A DNA stretch of 63,504 nt, counting the filler, from Reticulomyxa filosa (lineage: Eukaryota; Protista; Foraminifera), in assembly GCA_000512085.1 (NCBI GenBank). It is 12 parts of 12 records of this genome, joined end to end, with 100 filler letters (N's around TTAATTAATTAA, not from the genome) between each part and the next. Parts side by side here need not be neighbours in the genome. Positions count along the whole stretch, not along the records: positions 12,110 to 16,997 come from ASPP01039587.1; positions 17,098 to 22,466 come from ASPP01002578.1; positions 22,567 to 26,711 come from ASPP01007921.1; 9 more parts are not named here. The stretch is one strand, 5' to 3'. The position numbers were made by a program, and so were the translations under genes. The notes beneath the pieces are model-generated. The model was not told where the DNA came from, did no database searches, and was given only the letters and a program-made list of their open reading frames with translations. This document shows positions 12,374-25,312 of the stretch, in pieces (position 1 is the first letter of the stretch; each line of letters begins with the position of its first letter).

Positions 12374-13724
12374 TTTTGTTTGCAGATAATTAAGGTCTTT
12401 CGCTTTTTTTCAATGTTCACCTTTTTTACTTAGTAACACTGTTCTCGCAAACAAAACTCACATTGGAATCAACATGGAAACAATATTGCTTGTTGTATTC
12501 GTTGAAGGCTTTTTAATTTGTTCCTTCTTTCTTGTCCACTCTTCGTCAACTTTAATAGAATGGAAATTAAATTATGTTTTGTATTTTTTGCTTTGCAGGA
12601 GTAAAGTTAATTTTTGGATAAAACCAGTCAACATTATTTTTTTATTTCTTCAGCATGTTTAAAGTAAAAGTGTATTCCAATGAAAATATTCACAACAAAT
12701 GCTACACAATCATTGATATATTTTAAATTTTTGGGAATTCAAAAAACAACGTTTTGATAAATTTCAATTATTATTTCAAACTGTAAAAATTTGCAAATAG
12801 AAAAGTCAAACAAAAAAAGTTCTAATAATGTTGTCTAGAAGATACAAAAAGTAAAAGATTTTTGAGAAAAAAAAGGATCATGAATAGTTTTGAATTTGAA
12901 GAAAATTGGTTAACAATGCTTTTTAAAAGAGATTGTGTACTAGGACGATGAATTGTTAAAACAAAACATATACAAGATAGAGTGGCAATTTAAAACAAAC
13001 AGTTGGAATGAGATTGACAATTACATAAATCCAGATTCGATATATGAAAACGTCGAAATTGTTGATCGACGTTCCATCGTACTGACAGACGTCGCTGCAG
13101 TAAAAACACTTTATATGCTAAATATTTTTCATATGATCAAGCAAATCGTATAATCTTTGATTTTAACAAAATAAGAATAAAAAAATGCTGAAGCAAAAGA
13201 CGATTAAAAAGTGGCGCAGATTTTTTGATTGTACTCAAAACAAACAAACAGTGTATGCTATTCTCAAAATGTGTGGACACTCTTTAGTTTTTTAAAAGGA
13301 TTGGGCTGGACGTTCCTTTTTTGTTATTATCATTTGTTTTGTTTTACATGCTCGTGCAAATTTTTAAAAAAATATAAAAATGAGAAACGATATCGCAATT
13401 GAGGCAGCCAAGGATGTATAAAACATAGCGAGCAATACTGTGTAAAGCAGACGTTGACAGCAGTGGTAAAACAAGGATAGACAAAAGAAAGATCACTTTC
13501 AAAACCTTTTAAACAATATGTAGTAGCGAATTTGCGTATGAAAACGTAAAGTTAAATGTACTTTTCGCTGTTCAATTTTTTGTACAAGTATAAATAAAAG
13601 AAAAATAATCTAATATGATATTATTGCTGAAAATTGTTCACTTGAAGCAATATCATTATATGAGTTGTTAGTTCTTGAAAAAGTGTACAAGACAAACTTT
13701 GCTGATCCAAATACAATTAACAAA

Positions 13725-14312
13725 AAAAAAAAATCCTTTTCACATCTTATCATGCAAAGCTTCAGAAGCTAGGTGTCTGAGAAAAGGTGAACAGTATTGA
13801 CAACATCCTAGTACTATATTATGTTTTTGGACTTTCCTAACAACAAGCAAACACCTTACCATTCGGAAAGAAGACATGATCTTTCATGAAATCAAGAATT
13901 CGATAAAAGAAGAAATTTCGCATAACCAGTTTATCAATGATTATAGATGCACCAAGATGTTATTAAGTCTTTTTTTTACTAAATTTAGTTTGTAATTTTT
14001 TGATTATGAAATTTTTTGTAGATTTTGAGATAGTAGCCCGTTGAGATAAATCTCACGATACTTTCCCTTAAGCTAGCTGTTTGTGGTCGGTTGGAACAAA
14101 TTCCTCGCTGCGTTCAGATTGTTTGAGAATTAGCAAATTTTTTAATGATCTTTTAGTTCTATGTAAATTTTAGTTAGAAAAAAAGACATAGTGTTCAATT
14201 TGGTGTCATAATTTGTCCGTTTAACAACCTTTTCAATTTATTTACGTTTTTTATGGTTGGGCTATGTCCCTTTGGGGCGAGGTCCTATAACCATTCTTCT
14301 AAAAAAAAAAAA
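13725..14312 (+). mobile_element. Non-autonomous poly(A) retroposon (SINE-like or truncated LINE) with target-site duplication
   Basis: AAATACAATTAACAAA occurs at 13709-13724 and 14313-14328. The insert ends in a GC-rich stem-loop (14253-14294) followed by poly(A). Confidence 0.7.
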
Positions 14313-14339
14313 AAATACAATTAACAAACATTTATCATA

Positions 14340-14735
14340 TTACAAAATAATTTTCTTTCCAATGTGAAAAGACAAATTACCGATATTTTTTTTATGGCAA
14401 TTTGGAAAGAGTACAAATGGTCCGAAATGATTTGTAGGTTTTTGTGATTCTAAGTGACCACATAGAATCATTTTCATGTAAGTTTTTGTTATAACAGAAA
14501 GTTTGCTTTGAAAAACACTGATCGCGATCTAATTTGGACATAACAATATTTTTTCACCTGCATTTCACCAATCAATTGACAAATGTTTATTCTAACGTTT
14601 TGACTTGGTTTGGATTTTTCAATTTTATTTTTTATTTTTTATCTTTGAAATTAGTGTTTATTTTAGTACATTTTACAAACATTTTCTTTTCAATGTGAAA
14701 GATAAATTACCAACTTTTTTATGATACTTTGGAAA
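14340..14735. repeat. Imperfect ~65-bp direct repeat (~14345-14408 and ~14675-14735)
   Basis: ttttctttccaatgtgaaaagacaaattacc..tttttat..tttggaaa versus ttttcttttcaatgtgaaagataaattacc..tttttat..tttggaaa. Confidence 0.6.
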
Positions 14736-15249
14736 AATAAAAATAAGCATAAAAGAATAAAAAAGTAAAAAAAATAGTTTGTTCAATGCGGCACAAATTT
14801 GCGCCGCATGGATTAAACTTTTTCTTTTTCGCTTATCCACGCGCAGAGGTAATTCACTGGAAAAATATTCAAAAAAAAACAGGTTGGACATTCATTGACT
14901 TTATGACTAGTCCTTTGGAAGTTTTTCAAGTATTGATTTTTCTTTCAATGAAACAAAATCGCAATACTTAATCAATCACAAATCTTCTTTAAATGGACGG
15001 TAACTATAAATGAGGTTATTGTTTCAAATAAAGTAAAAAATAATTTTTTAAGATACTGCAGTTTGAGATGAACGTTTCATCCCCAAAAACTTAACAAAAA
15101 AAAATCAGAAACTTCTTTTTTTTTTTGCTGAAAGTAATACAATATTTGCAAAATTCTTAACTTTGAATATGATTACAACAACTCTTTCTAGACGAAAGGC
15201 ATACTTTTAGATATTTAAACATTTTTTTGTTTTTTCCACAAATATAGTA

Positions 15250-15585
15250 GAATACAAAGTAAAGTTGACACCTAAAACTGTAGTTCAGTATAGTTTGATA
15301 TTTGTGTTTTTTAATTCAAATGATTTGGCATTGAGCACTTTTTGAAAATGCTCATGGTTACGACACAGCCACTATTGTCAACTTTTTCTCGAAAATTTTC
15401 AAAAATGAATAAAATATTCAAATTTTTTAAACAATTAGTAAAGATGTAATAAAAAACTAAAATATATTTAAAAACTACACAATTTGTAGATATTTTAAAA
15501 AATTAGGTCTGATGTTGTTTTTTCATGAAGAAAGTCAACCATCTCTATAATATACCGTCTTAGGTGTCGACTTTACTTTGTATTC
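15250..15585. repeat. 33-bp inverted repeat pair (15250-15282 and 15553-15585), Tc1/mariner TIR-like
   Basis: gaatacaaagtaaagttgacacctaaaactgTA is the reverse complement of TAccgtcttaggtgtcgactttactttgtattc with 3 mismatches. The ends resemble TA-CAGT...ACTG-TA. Confidence 0.75.
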
Positions 15586-16004
15586 TGTATATTGTTATGA
15601 TTAAAATTTTAAGTCTTTTTATTATGCTCTTCAGAAACTTGACATCACGTAGATATAATTTTTTTAAAATGATAATAGTGTCTCTTTTAGAATTTGAGAA
15701 AAACACGTTTCTTTATTGTGAAATTTCGCCTTCAGTAGTTTGTAAAAAATAGGACGCCTAAAATGCTACTTTATTAAAATGATTTTTTTTTATTTGATAT
15801 TTGTGATAAAATTCAGCGTAAAGTTGTTATGACAGCGAAAGACTCAAAAAGATTATAGCAAAATTAAAGTTTTTTATCAATAACAACTAGGATTTTGAAA
15901 TTGAAAAGACGTCACTACATGTATACAGAAGTGATAGAGTTTGCTGTGTGGAAAAAAGGAGTACAAAATTCTAGTAGTAGAGTGGTTATAGAAAGGCCAA
16001 TGTT

Positions 16005-16435
16005 TGTGGGTGTAATATCACAGTATGTGAGTGCTTTGGTGCTAAAGGCGTTGAACTACTTGCAAAATTAATATGCGTTAATTGCACATTTATAACGAAA
16101 TATTACCAAATGAAATACTTAAAAGTATTACTATTGCTTACAATAATAGAAACTGGTGGATTTTACAAGATAACGCAAAATGCAGCAAATGTAAAGCAGT
16201 AACAAGAGGTTGAAAACAAAGTCGCTGTGATTGAGTTCATTTTAAATTCGCATGATCTTTGGGCAATGATTAAAGCAAAACTTTACAAGGTGATAAAATA
16301 AAAACAACAAAACAACTATTGAAAAATTTGAAAAAAATGGGAAAAAATAAAAGGGCATATGCGAAAGCTTAATTGAATCTATGCCAAAACAAATGAAAGC
16401 TATTATGACACCAAAGAAAATCTAACAAAGTGATA
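16005..16435 (+). pseudogene. Decayed Tc1/mariner (DDE) transposase
   Basis: Frameshifted translation: ITVCECFGAKGVELL (cf. VWGCFxxxGxG), YNEIL, WWILQDNAKC (cf. FQQDNAPxH), NSHDL-WAMIK (cf. SPDLNPIExxW), LIESMPKQMKAI..NLTK* (cf. LVxSMPxRxxAVIxxxGxxTKY). Confidence 0.8.
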
Positions 16436-19400
16436 ACTTGTTTAATCTAGAACGACTTTATTTAAAAGCCAGTATCATATTTAACTTCAACATTTGTAAA
16501 TATTTTTAAAAAAATTTGGATTAATTGTTTGTTTTTCATGGAGAAAATCAATTATCTTCATAAAGTAGAATTTTATGTCTTATTTTTTTCAAACTATTAC
16601 AGTACAACGCGGAAAAATTGAAAGACAAATAATTTTGGAAGCAAGCTTTAAACATGACGCAATCAGGTAAGCATAGTTTAATCTATGCTATTGTAGGGGA
16701 GACCCCACTGTTCAATGTCAAGGTTCAAGTGAACCTTGAAATCCCAGTTCTAAAACTTTCTAACACTTCTCTTTTCTCTTCTTCTTTCGATGTTGGTGTC
16801 ATTTATCTTTTTTGATTTAATTTATTTATTTTCTATTAAACGGCCGCTCAGAGAGATATCTTTTTGTATTATACTTTGTACCAGTCAGACTCCCCATAAT
16901 CACTTCACTTAATCTCATCAAAAGTGTGATCACATTAGACAATTTAACACAGAATTGTAAATCCTAATGCAGCCCAAATGCAAAAAACACTCAAACANNN
17001 NNNNNNNNNNNNNNNNNNNNNNNNNNNNNNNNNNNNNNNNNTTAATTAATTAANNNNNNNNNNNNNNNNNNNNNNNNNNNNNNNNNNNNNNNNNNNNGAA
17101 AAAAGAAAAAAAGAAAAAAGATAAAAAAGGATTTAAAAAATTGAAAAAGAGGAGGGAAATTGAAAAGAAAAAATGGGATATTATCCCAAAAATCATGGAA
17201 GAAATGCGCATTAGCGCATGGTTCAAAGGAGAAGATGAGCAGAAGAAGGTGAAGAGCGCCCAAGAGATAAAGCTTGCTACGTTCGGGCGAAGAACGAGTT
17301 GTTTGGTTTCCAATATCAAATCGCCACTGGCATTGTGTTGGATGAATGGCAGCCCTCTTCAAACAATGTAGTGTGAATGGCAAGTAGTAGCCGACGGCCA
17401 AGATATTGGATTGACCCAAAAAAAAAATCAAAGTTACGACTGTGTTGAATTGACTCGTGATCGTAAATGTGTTATGAAATAAATCGGCGTGGCTGACTTT
17501 GTCATGGCGAAGAAATGCTAGAAACCAAGCTCGATGATTGGTGGAACGATTGTCATGATGGGAGAAATGTTTCCAAGTTTACTACAAAAAAAGCTATACT
17601 TACTTTGTTATAATAATTGTGTGCATTTCAATACAGTGCGCGAAAAACCGTGGCGTCAACGTTTCATGGTAACACAACATAGAAAGACGTAAAGGAGAAA
17701 CTGGTTTCGTGAAAGGAGAGCTCGTTTGATTTGGACAAATGGAACTTGCGGCACAATGGTACATTGCAATGAAATAATATTTTGAAGCCAACATATGTCG
17801 TGATCACTTCATACAAAATGGCTTCATTTCTCAAGTATTGATCCGAAAATATCAAATGCGACTTCCAATTGAAACAATTCAAACTCGACAATCGTATAAT
17901 TTTTGTCAATGGAGTGGCGACAGATGGCATTGAATGCATTGGATCAAACTTTTCGGTTTCGTCTTGTTAAGATGCTGCGTCCAGGTAACGTGTGAAAAGT
18001 GATATCGTTGGTGCTGCCATCGTGATAGTTCGCGAATCAATCATCCAATTTAATGCCAACAACTTCGCTCTAGGCAAAAGGAAGATAACCAGATAAAAAA
18101 AAACTGTAAATGCAAAGCCAATTTAACAAATAATCGTTCCAGATTGATCAAATATATTAGATCGGACCACATCACTGATTGAGAGACCATTAACATTGAA
18201 TTGAGTTTGTTTGTTTATTTAGAAATAATTTTTTTAAATATATAATGATATGTTGCATTTTCTTTATAGACTTATGGACTTCTGATGATTAATCAATACC
18301 TATACTTTCAGGTTTGTTTTTTTTTTTGTGATATTTGTTTGATGTCAAAAGATATTTATCAATTGATAGTAACTTGATTCAAATGTAAAATGTAATGTCC
18401 AAAAAGAACAGGTACATTCGCCAAACGAAGATCAATTTTCAACGTTCAATCGGTTCCTGAAAGGATAGCAACATACGACATCGACGACAAAATGAAAGGA
18501 AAAAAATCCAGTATTGAATAGCGAGTGCTGGAAAAAAAAAAGCTAATCTGACTTTTTTTTTTCAAATGACGTATAATGTTAAAATTTGTAAAAATGGACA
18601 ATACCGTACATGGAAAGATACGAAAGGAGACGACGTACACGGCATTGGATAGAAAAGAATACCTGAAGATACCAGTGGGCAATGAGATACTCCACCTGCG
18701 GTTTGCTATTATTTGTCAAATACCATTGATATAAAAGGTAGGATAAAACAAATGAACAAAACAAACTTCAATAATTATGCTATTTTTTAATAAAAAAAGA
18801 CATGGACGGCAGCATATTTGTGCGGAACAACGTAATCAAGATGGAGACAGAGCGAAATTTCGCAGTCCACTTTTCGACCAAGACAACACAACTCGAACAG
18901 TGCTAACGGACGGTTTATTGGATGCGAAATACTTTGGACTAGTTGTATTATCACAACACTTGGAGAATGATGAATTAAGAGTCGCCAATTTGCATTCTTT
19001 TTGCATTGATATCACCTTTCTTGATATCTTACGTGATATGGTTCAAGCGATGGACTAAATCAAGATTATATCATCGGTAACAAGAAGGAGAACATGTGCA
19101 CAAATGATAAACAAAATAGCAACAATTCCTTGTGTCGAATGTGCCTTTAATTTCAATGACACTTCTTCAATCAAGCATTCCGTTATTTTGGACGATTGAA
19201 GTTTTCATTGAAAAGCTCGTCACTGAGCTACCATTTTGAGTGAGACCTTGTCAATATCAGACCATTATACTTTTTGGATCAGAGTCATGGTTTTTGGTAG
19301 CCGGACAATTCGTTCGTATCACAGCGACAATGTCTTTGGGAAGTGAGAGTAGGTATAATGCAATCGACTGGACCATGTATCCACCACGCATTGAAGTATT

Positions 19401-21400
19401 CATTGCACTATTTTGCCAAATGATGGAGCGACTTTTGAATCGCTGATCCGACTATCAACTGTCACGACGTTGTTGCGTTTTGCAACAAATGACGCAGCTC
19501 TTCCGCACACACCAAATCAATTCGCTCGAATACAGCAATGGTATCCAAATATTGGCGCACACAACACCAGTTCAATGTCTCGAACCAATTGACCAATAAA
19601 TAGAAAAGCATGGACTGCGTCGTTGTCACCATTGTCACAGTCATCATTGGGTATTGTCACACCAGTCAAGCAGCTTTCATTGGGGGGAGGATGCATTATG
19701 TGATGTTGGTATATTTGAGGATGCGCAAAGTCGCCAATCGTATGTTTGGATAGTCATTCCATAGCAAGATAAAGCCGACATACTATCTTTTTTTGTTTAA
19801 AATAAATCAAGTGCGGTATGGTCACGAATACTTTTTTTTCTTCATCCTCTTCCTACTTCTCATAATCATTATCTTCTTCTTGTTCTTTGTTTTCCAGTCC
19901 AGTAGCTTGCTGCAGTAATATCACACTACGAAGTCCATCGCCGTCGTCGCCCTTGTGATGAGGGACGCACCTTAGCCTTGTCGAATGGGCGCAAACATTT
20001 CCAAAAAATACTATTATCCAACGTTTGAATATGTAATACAATGAGCGATAGTATCAATCTTTTTTTTTCTTCAGTCTTGGGCTTATTAGTTGTTGTTCTT
20101 CTTTTTTTTTTTGCGTTGGATTTGATTGCATAAGAACCTTTGGCGCAAGCAAAAATCAAGTTGAAAAAGTTTTTTTTGTGTACATAACATCTTTATATGT
20201 ATGTATGTCGTATGTGTTGTTTGAAATTTTGAATAGATATTTAAAGGAGGAGATGGACGTACATTGCATGAGTTTGGATTAAATATGTGCGAGTTGTTGC
20301 AATTTACATTGCTATTGGTCTGTAGTGAGTCTCCAGCAATGATTGTAATAATGATAGAGCGGCGTGCATCGAATATGTATTATGGTATTGCGCTTTGAAT
20401 TGCGTATACTTTAAAAAAAAAATTGAAAATCCATATTGTGTAATGTGCACATGATTATTTGAAGAAAATGAACAATGGAAAGTAGTAATCTGATTATTAT
20501 CGTAATTCCAAGTTATAGCATTTTCTTATAATGTGATGAAAACATGTACGATCAATACACACTTATATAACGCAGATCAATAACTGTCTATTGAGCAGTT
20601 GGAAAGTGGTGGTTGCAGTGCCGGTAAGCAAAGATGAAGTAAAGTTCCAACGCAAAGTTGGTGGCATATTCTGTTGTAGCACTTGGTACTGTCTCAAATT
20701 TTTTAATTAAATTTCTGTCTTTTTGTGGAATTCTTGATTTTTTTTAAATAATTTCAACGCACTTCCTCCAGCTCACCTAATATCTTTCTCACAAATTATA
20801 TTCACAGTAAAAAAATTTCTGAATTTGTATTTTAAGTGTAATTGTGTCTTTGAAAAAACTGACAACTAGAATTAATGATTTCCATTGTTAGAGTTAGGCA
20901 AGAAAAAAAATAACATTGACAGTTCATTTATATTAAGTACTACAAAAGAACGACGTGTAAGTGTCTACTGTGTAAAATAGGAATTCCTGGCAAAAAAAGA
21001 TTTAAAGCTGTATCTTCTGCCGTCATGTAGGTAGTAGAAAGTAATTGAATAAATTTTCTCGAAGATTGAGTAGCAAAGATATGATTGTAATACAAAAAGT
21101 ACAAGTTTGCAAAAAAAATATCAAAGCATAATGCCAGTTTATAATATTTAATTGTTTCCATGAGTGGAATGAACTTTTGATGGTTCAACGTTTACAAAAA
21201 AAAGGAAAAAAGAAAACCAAACAATATGTCTGATCAATACAAATCCTTACAAACGACATATTTTTTTTGGTTATAGAATAGCTCTAATCAAAAAAATGTT
21301 AAATTGCTACTCTGTAAACGATTTATTTAATTGTTTCTCTTTTAGTTTATTTCTACCATAATATCTTTTATCAGTCGAATTCAAATGTAGAGCTGATGCT

Positions 21401-21680
21401 CTAAAAGGCTCCAGCGCCTCCCATATCCATCTTTGGAGCATCACTTTTTGGAAGTTCTGTAATAACAGCTTCAGTAGTGGTCATCAAACTAGCAACACTT
21501 GCGGCATCTTGCAAGGCAGTACGAACCACTTTAACGGGGTCAATGACTCTTAATTTGTGTAAATCACACCATTGATCAGTGGCACAGTCATAACCATATC
21601 TTGAATCTGCTTTTGAATTTTTCAGCATTTTTCCAGCAAATATACTTCCTTCTTTACACTATTTTGGATAATTGCAACTG
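21401..21680 (-). pseudogene. HSP60/cpn60 chaperonin C-terminal fragment
   Basis: GYDCAT..VIDPVKVVRTALQDAASVASLMTTTEAVITELPK..MGGAGAF*. There is a frameshift in the upstream AIIQNS/KEGSIFAGK and no recognisable HSP60 sequence further 5'. Confidence 0.8.
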
Positions 21681-22566
21681 TTAACAGATTTTAGTGTTGT
21701 GTATGATCATAATGAAGAAATGTATAACACTAAAAAAAATATATTATGCACAACTGATCAACATTGACCTAATTCAATGCGCAATTCATCAAACTCATCA
21801 TCACCAATATTTGTTGGTAATGTAATTGGGACACGTTGTTAGTGAGAAGCATGCCTGATTGCATCAGACTATAGCGGACTATCGACGTATTGCAATGGTG
21901 TGAAGGGGCTATGACAGAGAATAAGATACTCCCTACGCACGCTATTGTCGTGTGTCAAGATTTACCAAATATCATCAATATGCTCGCTTAACGGTCCATA
22001 CAGAAAGGCATTGTTTCAACGCATTGACCAAAGTTTCATGTCAACATTGTGAGGAACAGAGATGTTCATATTGTTGTGTGAGTTGTCCGTACTGTTCTGG
22101 TGACAAGCGCTTTGATTTCTTTTCAACCTGTCATTTCGACAGCTATGTCACTTTATTTTTTTGGTATTATCTTTGCCAAGTGCATCAACACCATGCAAAG
22201 TGCGTGTTTCAGTCGCCAACAACTCGATCCATATTTTCCTCTTGATTTTCCATTACCGTCTATCTGGATCATTCGTTTCCTATATGCTTGTCGAGGGTGT
22301 TTCTTTTTTTAGTTTCCCTCCACAATGGTCCAAATGCGGTCGACAACATGGTAAGCTCGAACTTTGAAATGAGATATGTGTGTTCAAATACCAATTATAT
22401 TCACTTATCCAATTCGACAATATTTTTTTGTTGATCTCTTTCACATCTTGGTCATCCCCAAGCAAANNNNNNNNNNNNNNNNNNNNNNNNNNNNNNNNNN
22501 NNNNNNNNNNTTAATTAATTAANNNNNNNNNNNNNNNNNNNNNNNNNNNNNNNNNNNNNNNNNNNN

Positions 22567-22606
<40 letters not shown>

Positions 22607-22663
22607 TCACTTTGGTCTGAAACTCTGAAAAGGACGTGTTGATTATGAACCAGCATTGCATGT

Positions 22664-22977
22664 GTGTATGTGTGCAATCAAAACAGAGAGCCTTGTTCGG
22701 GTGTTGAAATAACCTGCCTCGACAATGGAGTGGCAAGGAGAAATGGGCCGAATGTGCAATTCAACAATTTCTTGGAAGACTCGAAAGCCACGAATACAAA
22801 GTCTGCGAACACAGTCTCTGGTGATCACCGCACTGGCAATAATGAAAATGTTCAGAGCCAGTCTTTGTGGTCAAATTTTTTGACTCCGTCCAAACAAAGC
22901 CAAGTTCTTTCCCCCTCCTCCCTTTGCAACTTTGTTTCTCCTGGATGGCCCATAACAAAATGTATGTGCAATCCATC

Positions 22978-23015
<38 letters not shown>

Positions 23016-24672
23016 CTGTGATTAAAAGTCTCGACCAACCCATACGAGCATCATGGACATTGACGTCACGGAAAACAAAGTCGAAAAAGAAAAGACATGG
23101 AACAAGGGCGCCAATACGGAGACGCTGTCAGTCAAAGGCCAAGAAAAGCCGAGTCAGCTCGATCTTGAGATGACGACTGCGGAATACTCGTTGGAAACTC
23201 CAAAGACGACGGAGGTGAAGATGGCGAATGACGATGAAAATGCAAGCGAAAAGAACAATGGTGTCGTCCAAGGCCTTTCAAATGAAACGGACAGCGATGT
23301 GGTGATGAAACAGGAAGGTACTTCCGATCTGCCAAATCTCACACGGCAAAACTCAATGGCCAAAGAAGAAGTGATGGAGTGCGACGATGCCTCCACTGTC
23401 GCTGTTGTTCAACATTCACAAGAAGGAACCAATTCCATGTGGGATTTGATGTTCCCAGACGAGCCCTTGCCTAATTTGGCCGGTGACTCTGTTTTACAAA
23501 AACTTAACGATGCTCAAAAAGATAACAAACGCAGTTGAGTTTTTTTAAACAAAAATATTCCCCCCCCCCCTCCCCCTCCATACTCAAATGTGTTGTTTTC
23601 AATGTTGCAAACACAATGTAACAGAAATTCGCGTGGCAGCACTCGAAAAAGCTGAAAAGACAAAGCAAAAATTAGCCAAACAAGAAAAAGAAAGAAAAGA
23701 AAAAAGAGAGCTTTTGCTGAAAATAAGAGAAAACGAAAAAGAAAAACAAAAAGAAAAGAACAAAGTCAAAAATGTACCAAAGGACAAAAAACCAGTGACC
23801 ATCAATACTTCGAAACCACTCACCACGACCTCCAATAGCAATCTTGTCAAAAATAAAGACAACAATGTCAATGACGCGATTCATGAAAACAAACGTTATC
23901 AATCCAAGACATCTGCAGCCTCTGCATTTCAAAAAAAAATCCTTCCAATCTTCCCAAACCACTCAAGGTTTGACTCTTTTTTTTTTTTTTTTTTGTGTGA
24001 TTACAAAGAGTTGGTTGTGCTGCTATCTGCTTTCTCTCGACATACTCAAACAGTCTTTTTGTGGATATGGCTGTTGTGTGTGAAGCCTATAAATAGCACC
24101 AGTAATGACGAAAAAACTTCAGAACCACAAAGAGTCATTGCCGAGACTAATGGTCTAGAGTGCAACAAGGAAAATAACGCCATCAGTACCAACGCCAAAC
24201 CTGCTTCTCCATCAAAACAACCCAACCCAACACTTGTATCTACAAAAAGTGAACCACTTCCAGCTGCCGATTCTCAAAAAGAATATGAAATGTCGGACTA
24301 TGAAAGGTATTTCCATCTCATATGCATTGACTTATTTTAAAAATGTGACATCAACTTTCTACCAAAAAACAAAATATCATTTTGCTTAGTGACTGTTCTG
24401 ACAGCGATATGGAAGAAGATTCAAATAATAAATTTGTCCCTTCTTGGGCTCATTCAAAGGAATTCATGTCCACAATATGGAAGCAAGATATAACCGATCC
24501 TGAAGACGTTTTTGGTCCAATGTTACTGAAATGTTGTGATTTAGAGAAAATATTCCGTGATTTCCCACAAAAGCCCAGATACCGCAAACGATCAAAAAGT
24601 GGAGATTGGAGTGAAGATAGAGTGACCTGGATGGAAGAAGTAGCCTACAAAAAATGTATGGGATGGAGATAA
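22664..24672 (+). CDS. INCENP-like protein with C-terminal IN-box (Aurora kinase binding); spliced, 5' end uncertain
   Basis: Low-complexity and charged coiled-coil exons, then EYEMSD..SDSD..VPSWAH..DPEDVFG..DLEKIF..RKRSKSGDW, matching the INCENP ARK-binding consensus. GT..AG introns at ~23534-23624 and ~24307-24389. Confidence 0.75.
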
Positions 24673-25312
24673 TCTTCTTTCTTCGTGCTTCTCTTTAGGT
24701 TTTGATTTTGAGTTGCATTGTTGAATTCATTGGAGGTTGTTCATATGCTGTTGTGCTTTTTTTAATTTACTCTATTTAATTTTCGGTGAACTAAACATCA
24801 ACAAAAGTCTTGTCAGTTTTCATATGCATATTTTCATTACGTGCCCATTTTGTGGAAATGTTTTGCTTTCATAACAACTTCAATCTTTTTTAAATAACTC
24901 CAATAAAATGGTTTTATGCTAATTTTTATTTGTACTGGTTATCATTTTGTCGCATACTTAATAGATCAGAAATTATTCTCAAAAGTGTCAGATAATACAA
25001 TGTAAAGAATATCCAAGTAGCAATAAAAGAGACATTTTGGCTCGAGAATAATATTCTCAAGGGGAAATATATGTACAAATTTGCCAACTTTGCAAAAAAA
25101 AAAAGACCATTTTTGTCCCAATTAAGTGTGACATCGATTTTGTTATTGACTATTTGGTTGAAAGGGAAGTTGAAAAGAAAAGATTACAAGTTATAGCAAT
25201 GCTAACAAGTTAATTGAAAAAAAAGAATTGGAACTAGTTTACCCATACATTCTTTTTTTTTGCTCTTGCTTTTTAATGACACAAATGAATAGCGTTAATT
25301 AAAAGTGTGTCA

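Noticed and set aside
17480-17560. Protein kinase gene
   Set aside because: Only an ADFVMAK DFG-like relic flanked by stops; other subdomains were not found.
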